Positions 45,141 to 54,958 of a stretch of DNA of 64,000 nucleotides are shown in pieces (within the stretch, counting starts at the first letter, position 1; every line of letters begins with the position of its first letter). The notes below the pieces were generated by a model. The model was not told the DNA's origin, did not search any database, and was given only the letters and a program-made list of their open reading frames with translations. A program made the translations under genes and the position numbers. The DNA comes from Candidatus Latescibacterota bacterium. GTDB taxonomy: Bacteria > Latescibacterota > UBA2968 > UBA8231. The stretch lies in contig OZ241867.1 of assembly GCA_965203175.1 (NCBI GenBank), positions 3,296,001 to 3,360,000 on the forward strand, read 5' to 3'.

Positions 45141-46007
45141 ATGTGTGCTTTTGAATTGCGAGAAAACGCCCTCGGCCTTGAAATCCACGCGGGCGATCAA
45201 CTGCTTGCCTTGTACCGCGCTACCGAGGAGCTGCCCCGCAGCGAATCGCCCAAGCCCTGCTTCGCGCCTCTGTACACGCTTTCCGGCCAGCTCGTGACCG
45301 AGTATCGTCCGCCCGACCACGCTTGGCATACGGGGCTGTTCTTCGGCTGGGTCCACGTCAACGACGCGAATTTGTGGGGTGGGCGTTGGTATTTGCCGGA
45401 AACAAAGAAATACGAACACGTCGCCGACAGCCACGGCGTGCAGCGGCACGATGGCTTTACAGCTTTGGAAGTGGACAGTGTGACTGAGTCGCTTTCTTGG
45501 CTCGACGGCCGCGATCAGCTCATGGCGCGGGAGTCGCGTTCTTTTGGCTTTTACAGTACTGAGGGCGGCTACTGCTTGCGGATATCCACGCGCATCGAGC
45601 CAGCCGGCGATCGCCTGGTGATGGGGGCCTCGCGGGCGGCGCGCTACTCGGGGCTGGTGCTGCGCATGGGGCCTTCCTTTGCCGAAGCCGACCACTATTG
45701 TAGCGCAGGACGCCAGGGCCACGCGAACATCATGCACCAGCGCGCCCGTTGGGTGGGGGCGCGCGGAAAAAGCGGCGGCTTTGTCGCGCTCATGGATCAT
45801 CCGAGCAACCCGCGCCATCCGGTCACTTGGTTCACTCGGGCAAACTTGCTGGGCACGGGCCTGCTGATAGAAGGCGACTTAGAGCTAGCGGCTGGCGAGT
45901 GCTTGGAACTGCACCACGCGTTCTTCGTCTTAGACCAGGACCCCGGTCCCACACAAATAGAATCCCTGTACGCGGACTTTGCTGCTTCTCCTGGAGAATT
46001 GCCATGA
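45141..46007 (+). CDS. 'PmoA'-named/DUF6807-type soluble hypothetical protein (not methane monooxygenase)
   Basis: KPCFAPL, PDHAWHTGLFFG, NLWG and DHPSNPRHP motifs; no TM helices. Confidence 0.7.
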   Translation: MCAFELRENALGLEIHAGDQLLALYRATEELPRSESPKPCFAPLYTLSGQLVTEYRPPDHAWHTGLFFGWVHVNDANLWGGRWYLPETKKYEHVADSHGVQRHDGFTALEVDSVTESLSWLDGRDQLMARESRSFGFYSTEGGYCLRISTRIEPAGDRLVMGASRAARYSGLVLRMGPSFAEADHYCSAGRQGHANIMHQRARWVGARGKSGGFVALMDHPSNPRHPVTWFTRANLLGTGLLIEGDLELAAGECLELHHAFFVLDQDPGPTQIESLYADFAASPGELP

Positions 46008-47422
46008 GGCCGTTGTGCCTCCCGGTACTGTTTCTACTCGCCTGTGCTTCGGCCCCCAAAGTCGAATACCCGGCCCTCGACTTGGCCCAGCCGGACCAAT
46101 GGACGGCTGGGGCTTCAGAGGGTACAGTCGCCGACCACTGGTGGCGCGATATGGGGGCCGCGCACCTCGACAGTCTCGTGGCGTTGGCCTTGGAGCACAA
46201 CTACAATCTCAAGATCGCCGGTGCGCGTCTGGCCCAAGCCCAGGCCCAAGCCCGGGCGGCTGGTGCGCCGCTCTGGCCCCAACTCGGCGTCAATGCCAAT
46301 GGCTCGCGGCGCAAACAGAATTTCGTCGGCCTGCCCATCCCCGGGAGAGACCCAGACCAGGTCTTGACCTCCAAGAGCACGTCCTTTGGCGTCGATCTGA
46401 CCGCGAGTTGGGAAGCCGACCTATGGGGTCGCCTGCGCGCTGGTGCCCAAGCTGCGCTCGCCGATGCCGATGCTGCCGCCGCTGATTTCCGCGCGGCGCG
46501 CCTCTCGCTGGCAGCGCAGACGGCGCGGGCTTATTTCGCCGCGGTCGAAGCGGGTCACCAAGTCGAGCTAGCGCGGGCGACCGTTGCAAACTACCGGCTC
46601 TCCGCCGAGCAGATCGAAGATCGCTATCGCCGCGGCTTGCGCTCGTCGCTCGATGTGCGCTTGGGCCGGTCGAGCTTGGCCGCGGTCGAAGCGACCCTCG
46701 CCCAGCGCCGCCAGCAACGGGATGCTGCTCTGCGCCAGCTCGAATTGATCTTGGGCCGCTATCCCAGCGCCCGGATTAAAGTCGGAGACGAGTTGCCCGC
46801 TGTTGGTGGCCCGGTTCCAGCCGGTTTGCCAGCCCAACTCGTAGGCCGACGCCCCGACCTCGTGGCTGCTGAGCGTCGTCTCGCCGCGGCCGACCGTCGG
46901 CTGGTCCAAGCTCGGCGCGCCTTGTTGCCCCGCATCAGTCTCACGGCCTCTACGGGCCGCTCGTCGAGCGCGTTGAGCGACTTGCTCGACGGCGATTTTT
47001 CGGTGTGGAATCTCGTGGGCAATATCGCGCAGCCCTTGCTGCAAGGTGGGCGTCTGCGCGCGGGCGTTGATCAGGCCGCTTCCGCAGCCGAGCAAGCTGT
47101 CTTTACCTATGCCCAGAGCGCACTTAGAGCATACGGCGAGGTGGAGGCGGCGCTGAATGCCGAAGGTTTGCTCGCCGACCAAGAACGAGCACTAACCACG
47201 GCTGCGGAAGAAGCCGTGGCCGCGCGCGCCTTAGCCGAAGATCGCTACGCCAGGGGGCTTGCCGATCTCATCGCCCTGCTAGAGTCTCAGCGCCGGGCTT
47301 TTGACGCTGAGAGCCGCCTGCTCGCCGTCCGTCGCCAGCGCCTCGATACCCGCATCGACTTGCACCTAGCCCTTGGCGGCGGCTTTGCCCTTGCCTCTCA
47401 GCACGCGGAGATTCCGCAATGA
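46004..47422 (+). CDS. NodT/OprM-type efflux outer-membrane lipoprotein
   Basis: Lipobox LLAC, WEADLWG, RRPDLVAAE and ALGGG motifs; start moved to ATG 46004. Confidence 0.92.
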   Translation: MRPLCLPVLFLLACASAPKVEYPALDLAQPDQWTAGASEGTVADHWWRDMGAAHLDSLVALALEHNYNLKIAGARLAQAQAQARAAGAPLWPQLGVNANGSRRKQNFVGLPIPGRDPDQVLTSKSTSFGVDLTASWEADLWGRLRAGAQAALADADAAAADFRAARLSLAAQTARAYFAAVEAGHQVELARATVANYRLSAEQIEDRYRRGLRSSLDVRLGRSSLAAVEATLAQRRQQRDAALRQLELILGRYPSARIKVGDELPAVGGPVPAGLPAQLVGRRPDLVAAERRLAAADRRLVQARRALLPRISLTASTGRSSSALSDLLDGDFSVWNLVGNIAQPLLQGGRLRAGVDQAASAAEQAVFTYAQSALRAYGEVEAALNAEGLLADQERALTTAAEEAVAARALAEDRYARGLADLIALLESQRRAFDAESRLLAVRRQRLDTRIDLHLALGGGFALASQHAEIPQ

Positions 47423-48663
47423 TGCGCGTCTTTAAAATAATTTTGCCCGTCCTCATCCTCGCCCTCGGCTTTGGGGCCTACCAACTGCTGGCCTCGATGC
47501 GCGAGCCGCCCCAGCGTGTCTCTCGCTCCTATGACGGCCCGCTCGTCGAAGCCATTGCCGCCCCGCTGCAACAGGTCCAGGTCGTCGTTGAAGGGCAGGG
47601 CACGGTGCGTCCTGACGCTCAGATTGACCTAGTGCCGCAGGTGTCGGGCATTGTGGTGTGGAAGGATGCCGATTTCAAACCGGGCGGGACCTTTGCCAAG
47701 GGCGCGCTGCTGTTTCGGATTGACCCGCGCGATTACGAGCTTGCTGTGCAACAAGCCGCGGTCCAAGTGGCGCAGGCGCGCTACCAACTCGACTTGGCCC
47801 GCGAGGAAGCCGCCATCGCCGAAGAGGAGTGGGAGCGACTCCACGCGGAAGAAGCTCCCACTGACTTGGTGTTGCGCAAACCCCAGTTACGCGCCGCCGA
47901 GGCTAGCCTCCAAGGGGCTGAAGCGCGCCTCGCCGAAGCGCAGTTGCGCTTGGACCGCACCAAAGTGTACGCCCCGTTTGCCGGCCGGGTGCGCACCGCG
48001 CGCGTCGATGTTGGCCAGCATATCAACGCCGGCCAAGCCATTGCCCAGATATACAGTATTGAAAAGGCCGAGATCGTCGTCCCCGTCCCCGACGAGGATC
48101 TCGGGTGGTTCACCCTGCCGCTACCCATCGACATCGCCGCGGCCAGCACACCTAACATTGGGGTCGTATCCAATCCTAACGCCGAGGGCGGATCCCGCGC
48201 TTTTGCTTTTAGCCGAGAGGGAGCTAGCGCTATGGTCAGCGGCGCTTTTGCCGGTCGTCAGCACCAGTGGAGCGGGCGCGTCGTTCGCACCGAAGGTGAG
48301 CTCGACCCGCGAAGCCGGATGGTCCGCTTAGTCGTCGAGGTCGAAGCGCCCTACGGCGGCATTGCCGATGGAATCCCGCCGCTGACGGTGGGGATGTTCG
48401 TCGAGGTGGCCATCGCCGGCCGCATGGTCGATGGCGTCCGCGTCCTGCCCCGCGTCGCGCTACGCCAGGGCGACCGCGCGTGGACGGTGGGCCGCGACGG
48501 CGTTCTCAGCATCCGCCCAGTGCAAGTGGTACGCGCCCTTGAGGATGAAGTGCTCGCTTATATCGACATGCCTCCGGAAGAGCGGATCATCGTCTCGCAG
48601 CTCAGCGGCGTTACCGACGGTATGCAGGTGCGCCTCGCGGATGGGTTAGGAGGTCAGCCGTGA
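47419..48663 (+). CDS. RND efflux periplasmic adaptor (MFP)
   Basis: N-terminal TM, PQVSG, coiled coil, APFAG and GMFV motifs. Confidence 0.92.
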   Translation: MMRVFKIILPVLILALGFGAYQLLASMREPPQRVSRSYDGPLVEAIAAPLQQVQVVVEGQGTVRPDAQIDLVPQVSGIVVWKDADFKPGGTFAKGALLFRIDPRDYELAVQQAAVQVAQARYQLDLAREEAAIAEEEWERLHAEEAPTDLVLRKPQLRAAEASLQGAEARLAEAQLRLDRTKVYAPFAGRVRTARVDVGQHINAGQAIAQIYSIEKAEIVVPVPDEDLGWFTLPLPIDIAAASTPNIGVVSNPNAEGGSRAFAFSREGASAMVSGAFAGRQHQWSGRVVRTEGELDPRSRMVRLVVEVEAPYGGIADGIPPLTVGMFVEVAIAGRMVDGVRVLPRVALRQGDRAWTVGRDGVLSIRPVQVVRALEDEVLAYIDMPPEERIIVSQLSGVTDGMQVRLADGLGGQP

Positions 48664-51600
48664 AAGCACCTGTGTCTTGGATGGCGAAGAATCACGTCGC
48701 CGCCAATCTGCTGATGGGTTTCATCATGTTGAGCGGTCTGTTTGCCATGATGCAGACCAAGAAAGAAACCTTCCCCGAGATGTCGCTCGACCAGGTGCAA
48801 ATCCAGGTGCCCTACTTGGGCGCGACACCAGCCGAGGTCGAAGACGCCGTCTGCAAGCGCATTGAGGAACGGGTGCGCGGCCTAGAGGGAGTGCGCCGCG
48901 TGCGCTCTACGGCCGCTGAGGGCATGGGCGTAGTCAGCATCGAGCTAGAGCGCGGTGCCGACATGGACAAGCTCCTCGACGACATCAAAAACGAGATCGA
49001 TCGCATCGACACCTTCCCCGCCGAGATCGAAGAGCCGGTCATCAAGGAGTTGACTCGCCGCAATCAAGCCATCGACGTGGTGCTCTACGGCGATGTCGAG
49101 GAGAAGGCCCTCAAAGTCGCCGCCGAGCTCGTGCGCGACGACCTGCGCAGCAGCGGCGTTATTTCGCAGGTCGAGCTCAAGGGCGTGCGCGTTGATGAGA
49201 TTGCCATCGAAGTCTCCGAAGAGGCCCTGCGGCGCTACAGCCTAACCTTCGCGCAGGTCGCCGACGCGGTCCGCCGCACGAGCATTGACCTACCCGCCGG
49301 CAGCGTCGAGAGCGAGGATGGCGCGATATTGCTCCGCACGCAGGGGCTGATGCGCGTGGGACGCGAATACGAAGAGGTCGTCGTCCTCACCCGTCCCGAC
49401 GGCACGGCCCTCAAGCTCAAAGATGTGGCCACGGTCGTCGATGGCTTTGAGGATACCGATCTCGTCTCGCGCTTCAACGGCCAGCCAGCGGCCGTGGTGC
49501 AGGTCTTTCGCATTGGGGACCAGAACGCCCTCGACATCTCCGCCTATGTCCACCAGTACATTGAAGACAAACGCTCAACCCTGCCGGAGGGAATCCACAT
49601 CGGCTACGCGCGCGACGATGCGCGCATCCTGCGCAGCCGCATCGATTTGCTGATCCGCAACGCCTGCCTCGGTCTGGTGTTGGTCTTCATCTGTCTGAGT
49701 TTTTTCCTCGACTTGCGCTTGGCCTTCTGGGTGATGATGGGCATCCCCATCAGCTTTTTGGGGGCCTTCGTGCTGATGCAGCCTTTCGACGCCTCGATCA
49801 ACATGCTTTCGCTGTTCGCCTTTATCGTGGCCTTGGGCATCGTCGTGGACGACGCGATCATCGTCGGCGAAAATATCTTTTCCCACCGAGTGCAGGGGAA
49901 ATCCTTCGGCCGTGCCGCTATCGATGGCGCGCTCGAAGTGAGCACGCCGGTCCTGTTCGCGGTGATGACCTCGATTGCGGCCTTTATGCCGCTGTTTTTC
50001 GTCGAGGGCATGATGGGCAAGTTCATGTCGGTCATCCCCGTAATCGTCATCTCAGTGCTCCTACTGTCACTGATCGAGAGTCTGTTCATTCTGCCGGCGC
50101 ACCTGTCTTCTAAGGGGGACGGACCACTCAGCCGCTTGTTTCGCCGGGTTTTCATCCGCCCACTCGATTGGCACGCCCGGGTCGTCGTTTCCTTTGACCG
50201 CGGCCTCAAGCACGTCATCCGCAACGCCTATCAGCCCACGCTGCGCTTGGCGCTGGCCCATCCGATTTCCAGCACCGCCCTAGCTTTATCGCTGATGCTA
50301 TGTACCGCCGGACTGGTCGTCGGCGGCCATATCAAGTTTGTATTCATGCCCGAGATCGGGGCCGATTGGGTGACGATATCGGTCAACATGCCCCAGAGTA
50401 CCACGGCGACCCAAACCGCCAAGGTCGTGCGACACATCGAAGAAAAGGCCATCGTCCTGCGCGACCAGATCGACGCCGAGCGTGAGGGCGGGGATTCAAT
50501 CTACCGCAATTTTTTCACTTACATCGGCGACCAACCCTCGGCCCGGCGTTCTTCCTTTGCAAGCACTCCAAGTGCTGGTGGCCAAGGCCATCTAGCCGAA
50601 ATTACCATCGAACTTTTACCTTCCGAGGAGCGCGATCTCGACAGCGCGGAGATTGAGGCGCGGCTGCGCCAACTGGTCGGCGAGGTACCCGGCCCCGAAT
50701 CCATTGTTTTTTTCTCGTCGCTGTTTTCCGCTGGCAATCCCATCGAGGTCGAGTTGGCCTCGGACAACTTTGACCAGCTCTTGTTGGCCGTTGATCGCCT
50801 CAAGGGCAAAATCGCCGAGTACGCCGGCACTGGCGATATCCAAGACAGCTTTGAGGAGGGCAAGCTGGAGATGAAACTCCGGCTCAAGCCCCAAGCCCGC
50901 ACCCTCGGCCTCACGCTCGCCGATCTAGCCCGCCAGGTGCGCCAGGGCTTCTACGGCGACCAAGCGCTGAGATTCCAGCGCGGCTCGGACGATGTGCGGG
51001 TGATGGTGCGCTACCCCAAAGACGAGCGCCGGAACTTGGGCGATGTGCGCTCGATGCGCGTGCGCACGCCTGCGGGTGCCGAGGTGCCCTTTGCCGAGGT
51101 GGCTACCGTCACCATCGGCCACGCCTCTGCCTCCATCCAGCGCACCGATGGCCAGCGCGTCGTGCGGGTGAGTGCCTCTGTAGATGACCAAGTCGCCAAT
51201 GCCGACGAAATCAACCGCGATCTCGAAGCGTCGTTCCTGCCTGCGCTGGTGCAGGAGTATCCCGGTCTCGGTCTGCGCTACCGCTTCGCCGGCGAGCAGC
51301 AGGAGCGGCAGGACTCGCTGATGAGCCTGCGCCTCAACTTCATCATCGCCCTTGCCGCCATCTACGTGTTGCTGGCCGTGCCATTCAAATCGTACACGCA
51401 GCCCCTCGTCGTCATGAGCGCGATTCCATTTGGCATCATTGGCGCGGTTTGGGGGCATTTGATCATGGGCTTGGACTTGGCGCTTTTGAGCCTGTTTGGG
51501 ATCGTCGCGCTCTCGGGCGTGGTGGTCAATGATTCGCTGGTACTGCTGACCTTCTACAACCAGATGCGGCGCGAGGGATCGTCGCACGAGGACGCTCTAG

Positions 51601-51869
51601 TCTCTGCCGGGGCCGCCCGCTTCCGCCCGATCCTACTGACCTCGCTGACGACCTTCTTTGGCCTACTGCCGATGATCCTCGAAAAAAGCCTTCAGGCACA
51701 GTTTTTGATCCCAATGGCCGTCAGTCTAGGCTTTGGCATCCTCTTTGCTACTTTCATCATTTTGCTAGGCGTCCCGATAGGAATGCGCCTGTTGGTGGGC
51801 GTCCAAGAGTTTTGGGGGCGGTTGAACGAGGATAAAACCGCCAAGGTCGCGCCGGTTACCGGGTCTTGA
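48660..51869 (+). CDS. RND efflux permease (AcrB/AcrD/AcrF family)
   Basis: 1069 aa; GIVVDDAII, GVVVNDS and RFRPILLT motifs. Confidence 0.94.
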   Translation: MKAPVSWMAKNHVAANLLMGFIMLSGLFAMMQTKKETFPEMSLDQVQIQVPYLGATPAEVEDAVCKRIEERVRGLEGVRRVRSTAAEGMGVVSIELERGADMDKLLDDIKNEIDRIDTFPAEIEEPVIKELTRRNQAIDVVLYGDVEEKALKVAAELVRDDLRSSGVISQVELKGVRVDEIAIEVSEEALRRYSLTFAQVADAVRRTSIDLPAGSVESEDGAILLRTQGLMRVGREYEEVVVLTRPDGTALKLKDVATVVDGFEDTDLVSRFNGQPAAVVQVFRIGDQNALDISAYVHQYIEDKRSTLPEGIHIGYARDDARILRSRIDLLIRNACLGLVLVFICLSFFLDLRLAFWVMMGIPISFLGAFVLMQPFDASINMLSLFAFIVALGIVVDDAIIVGENIFSHRVQGKSFGRAAIDGALEVSTPVLFAVMTSIAAFMPLFFVEGMMGKFMSVIPVIVISVLLLSLIESLFILPAHLSSKGDGPLSRLFRRVFIRPLDWHARVVVSFDRGLKHVIRNAYQPTLRLALAHPISSTALALSLMLCTAGLVVGGHIKFVFMPEIGADWVTISVNMPQSTTATQTAKVVRHIEEKAIVLRDQIDAEREGGDSIYRNFFTYIGDQPSARRSSFASTPSAGGQGHLAEITIELLPSEERDLDSAEIEARLRQLVGEVPGPESIVFFSSLFSAGNPIEVELASDNFDQLLLAVDRLKGKIAEYAGTGDIQDSFEEGKLEMKLRLKPQARTLGLTLADLARQVRQGFYGDQALRFQRGSDDVRVMVRYPKDERRNLGDVRSMRVRTPAGAEVPFAEVATVTIGHASASIQRTDGQRVVRVSASVDDQVANADEINRDLEASFLPALVQEYPGLGLRYRFAGEQQERQDSLMSLRLNFIIALAAIYVLLAVPFKSYTQPLVVMSAIPFGIIGAVWGHLIMGLDLALLSLFGIVALSGVVVNDSLVLLTFYNQMRREGSSHEDALVSAGAARFRPILLTSLTTFFGLLPMILEKSLQAQFLIPMAVSLGFGILFATFIILLGVPIGMRLLVGVQEFWGRLNEDKTAKVAPVTGS

Positions 51870-51875
51870 AGGGCT

Positions 51876-53483
51876 GTGGCGCGATTGAAGTGGGGTGGTT
51901 TGTTGCCGCTGTGCATGGTGGCCTGCGCGCCTGCCGACGGCCCTTCCTTTCCCTTCATTGACAAGGCTAGTGAGTGGGGCTTGGAGCAGTCCCACGTCGG
52001 CGGCGGTGCGGAGAAGCGCTATATCGTCGAAGCCAAAGGCGGTGGGGCCGCGCTCCTCGATGCGGACGGCGACGGCGATTTGGACATCTACTGGGTCAAT
52101 GGGGAGGGCGGTGACAATGCCCTCTATCGCAACGACCGGGGCCGGGGCTTTGTCGATCGAGCGGCCGCAGCCGGTGCTGCGGGTCGCGGCTGGGGCATGG
52201 GCGCGCTGAGCGCGGATTACGATGCCGATGGCGACGCCGACCTGTACATCACGTGCCTGCGAGAAAACATCCTCTATCGCAACGACGGGTTGGAGCAATT
52301 CGCCGATGCCACGGCCCGCGCCGGGCTGGCGCTGCCGGTGTGGAGCACGGGCGCGGCCATGGGCGATGTGGATTTGGACGGCGACTTGGATTTGTATGTG
52401 GCCAATTACGCGGATTTTGATTCGTCCGCGGTGCGGCCCTTGGGCACGCAGTGGAAGGGCCGGGATGTATTCATCGGCCCGCTGGGCTTGCCCGCGTTGC
52501 CGGACGCGCTCTATCGCAACGATGGCGCGGGTACTTTTGCCGAGGTAACGGCGGCTAGCGGCCTCGGTCAGCACGACCCGGGCTATGGGTTTGCCGTGCT
52601 CTTCATCGACAGCGACGACGACGGGGATTTGGACCTGTACGTGGCCAACGACTCGACGCCCAATTTCCTCTACCGCAACGATGGCGCTGGCACTTTTGCC
52701 GAAGTGGGGCTACAGGCCCATGCCGCGCTGGGGGAAACGGGCTTGGCGCAGGCCGGCATGGGTGCGGCTTGGGGCGATTACGACAACGACGGCGACGGCG
52801 ATTTGCTGGTCACCAATTTTGAGGACGACTACAACACGCTGTATCGCAACACAGGCGGCGGCACGTTTGCGGATGTGAGCTTTGCCGCGGGCTTGGGCCG
52901 CATTAGCCTTCCCTACGTGGGGTTTGGCGCGGTCTTCCTCGATTTTGACAACGACGCCGACCAAGACTTGTTCGTGGCCAACGGGCACGTGTATCCGCAG
53001 ATCGAACGCCCGGGCAGCGGCGCGACCTACGCGCAAGCGAACCACTTGTTCGCCAATGACGCCGGCCATTTTCGCCTCGTCGAACTGGGCGAGGATCGGG
53101 CGGTTAGTCGCGGCGCAGTGGCCGGGGATTTTGACGACGACGGCCGCGTGGATCTGTTCGTCACCAACCTCAACGGCCGGCCCTCCTTGCTGCACAACCG
53201 GACGGCCGCTGATCATCACTGGCTCGGCCTGCGCCTTGTGGGCGCGGGGAAAAATCGCGAGGCCGTCGGCGCGAAGGTCGTATTGTGGAGTGGCGGCCAA
53301 AGGCAGCGGCGAGATGTGCTCTGCGGCGAGAGCTTCTTGGGCAGCGGCGACCGGCGCGTGCACTTTGGCTTGGGCGCGGCGGGCCGGGTGGATTCGCTGC
53401 ACATCTATTGGCCGAGTGGCGCGCTGCAAAGGCTGACTGACTTGCCGATTGACGCGTATGTGAGGGTTGAGGAGGGGGGCTAG
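51876..53483 (+). CDS. CRTAC1/ASPIC-UnbV family FG-GAP repeat protein (probable lipoprotein)
   Basis: Many DxDxDGDxDL/LYRN repeats; C-terminal AVGAKV...HFGLG...WPSG; MVAC lipobox-like site. Confidence 0.88.
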   Translation: MARLKWGGLLPLCMVACAPADGPSFPFIDKASEWGLEQSHVGGGAEKRYIVEAKGGGAALLDADGDGDLDIYWVNGEGGDNALYRNDRGRGFVDRAAAAGAAGRGWGMGALSADYDADGDADLYITCLRENILYRNDGLEQFADATARAGLALPVWSTGAAMGDVDLDGDLDLYVANYADFDSSAVRPLGTQWKGRDVFIGPLGLPALPDALYRNDGAGTFAEVTAASGLGQHDPGYGFAVLFIDSDDDGDLDLYVANDSTPNFLYRNDGAGTFAEVGLQAHAALGETGLAQAGMGAAWGDYDNDGDGDLLVTNFEDDYNTLYRNTGGGTFADVSFAAGLGRISLPYVGFGAVFLDFDNDADQDLFVANGHVYPQIERPGSGATYAQANHLFANDAGHFRLVELGEDRAVSRGAVAGDFDDDGRVDLFVTNLNGRPSLLHNRTAADHHWLGLRLVGAGKNREAVGAKVVLWSGGQRQRRDVLCGESFLGSGDRRVHFGLGAAGRVDSLHIYWPSGALQRLTDLPIDAYVRVEEGG

Positions 53484-53547
53484 GGGCGGTTGCTGTGCGG
53501 CGTGCAGCGGCTATATTTGCGGACACCCACTCATATGGAGGCCTCTT

Positions 53548-53931
53548 ATGCGCGAATACCCATATCCAGAATACGACGGAGTGCGAAGCATTTTACTGGG
53601 AATAGTCCTCAGCATTCTGACGCTTGGGATTTACTATTTCTATTGGCAATACAAACAGATGGAAACGCTCAATGCGTGGCTGGGGCGGGAGGAGTACAAC
53701 TTCTGGCTTTGGCTCGTACTTTTTATCCTGACGTGCAGCATATTTGAGCTTTACTACGAATACAAGATGGCGAAGGGCATCAACGAGATTCAGGAGAACA
53801 ATAGTCTGCGCGTCAACGGAGACCTAGCGTTGATCTGCGTCCTAATTTCTATTTTTTCCCTCGGCTTGGCCGCTACTGCTATCCAGCAGTGGGAAGTCAA
53901 CAAGTTCTACGGTGAAAGTGCCGACGATTAG
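53548..53931 (+). CDS. DUF4234-type small membrane protein
   Basis: LSILTLGIYYFYWQYK and a second LTCxIFxLYYxYK copy; SD GGAGG. Confidence 0.75.
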   Translation: MREYPYPEYDGVRSILLGIVLSILTLGIYYFYWQYKQMETLNAWLGREEYNFWLWLVLFILTCSIFELYYEYKMAKGINEIQENNSLRVNGDLALICVLISIFSLGLAATAIQQWEVNKFYGESADD

Positions 53932-54301
53932 TCCAGTTCACCTCGCGCGAATTTTCCTCGTTGGGTTGGCGCTCGTCGCTGCATTCTTGTCGTGGCTTGG
54001 CCCAGTGCTCGCCGAGACGTGGCCGACCCTGTGCCCCTTCCGTTTCCTCATCCAACTGCCCTGCCCAGGCTGCGGCATGGGGCGCGCCTGCATAGCCCTT
54101 GCCCAAGGCAACCTCGCCAGCGCTTGGCACTACCACCCCTTCGCGTTTTTCCTCGTCCCATTGGCCTTCGGCCTCGCGTGCTATCCGAGTCGATTCGGCC
54201 GCGCTTGGCTCGCGCTGCCCCCGTCTCTCCGCAAGGGCTTTGCCGGGGGCGTGCTGGCTCTCGTGCTGGCGTTGTGGGGGTATCGCTTACTGCTCGTCTA
54301 G
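53912..54301 (+). CDS. DUF2752-type membrane protein
   Basis: CPFR...PCPGCGMGRA...AWHYHP motif. Confidence 0.82.
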   Translation: MKVPTISPVHLARIFLVGLALVAAFLSWLGPVLAETWPTLCPFRFLIQLPCPGCGMGRACIALAQGNLASAWHYHPFAFFLVPLAFGLACYPSRFGRAWLALPPSLRKGFAGGVLALVLALWGYRLLLV

Positions 54302-54957
54302 TGGCTCAGCGCCCAGACCGCGATGTTGGCCCCCATTTTGAGGGCATCGAGTCGCTTGCTCTCCGGGTCGGTGTGGACGTCGGGGTCCTCCCATCCGTCG
54401 CCTAGATCTGCCTCATACGTGTACAGCACGGCTAGGCGCTCGCCCACAAAAAGCGCGAGCGCTTGTGGCCTTTTGCCGTCGTGTTCGTGGACTTTGGGCA
54501 GGCCCGCTGGCAACTCGAAGTGGCAGTGGAACAGGGGATGCTCGGGCGGCAGTTCCACCCACTCGGCGTTGGGGAAGACTTGGCGCATGGCGCGGCGGAA
54601 GCTCTCGTCCATGCCGTAGTTGTCGTCGGCGTGGAGAAAGCCGCCGCTTTCCAAGTAGTGCCGAAGCCGCACCGCCTCCTCAGCGGAAAAGGCCACATTG
54701 CCGTGCCCAGTCATGTAGATGTACGGATAGGAAAACAACTCCTCATCCATGATTTGCACGCGCGCCTCGGCTTCGGCCGCGTCGATTTGGGTGTGTTCCC
54801 TTAAGAAGCGGAGGAGGTTGGGTAGGGAAGAGGGGTCGCTGTACCAGTCCCCGCCGCCGCCGTATTGCAGCCGCGCAATGGTAAATAGGGGCTGGGCCGG
54901 GCCGTCCACTGCGAGGAGCGCGCTGGTGAGCGCGGCGTAGAGGGCGAGGCTGCGCAT
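54298..54957 (-). CDS. DUF4159 domain protein
   Basis: YGGGGDWY, YMTGHG, GGFLHADDNYG and DLGDGWED motifs. Confidence 0.85.
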   Translation of the reverse strand: MRSLALYAALTSALLAVDGPAQPLFTIARLQYGGGGDWYSDPSSLPNLLRFLREHTQIDAAEAEARVQIMDEELFSYPYIYMTGHGNVAFSAEEAVRLRHYLESGGFLHADDNYGMDESFRRAMRQVFPNAEWVELPPEHPLFHCHFELPAGLPKVHEHDGKRPQALALFVGERLAVLYTYEADLGDGWEDPDVHTDPESKRLDALKMGANIAVWALSH

Positions 54958-54958
54958 G

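Noticed and set aside
44871-45818. 315-aa minus-strand ORF
   Set aside because: Antisense to two coupled genes, with no recognisable domain.
45749-46003. Long N-terminal extensions in the ORF track (here, and for priA and rodZ)
   Set aside because: They overlap upstream genes; downstream ATGs give proper coupling, SD or signal peptides.
45141-46007. Particulate methane monooxygenase subunit
   Set aside because: The protein is soluble and has no pmoC/pmoB neighbours; the family name is misleading.
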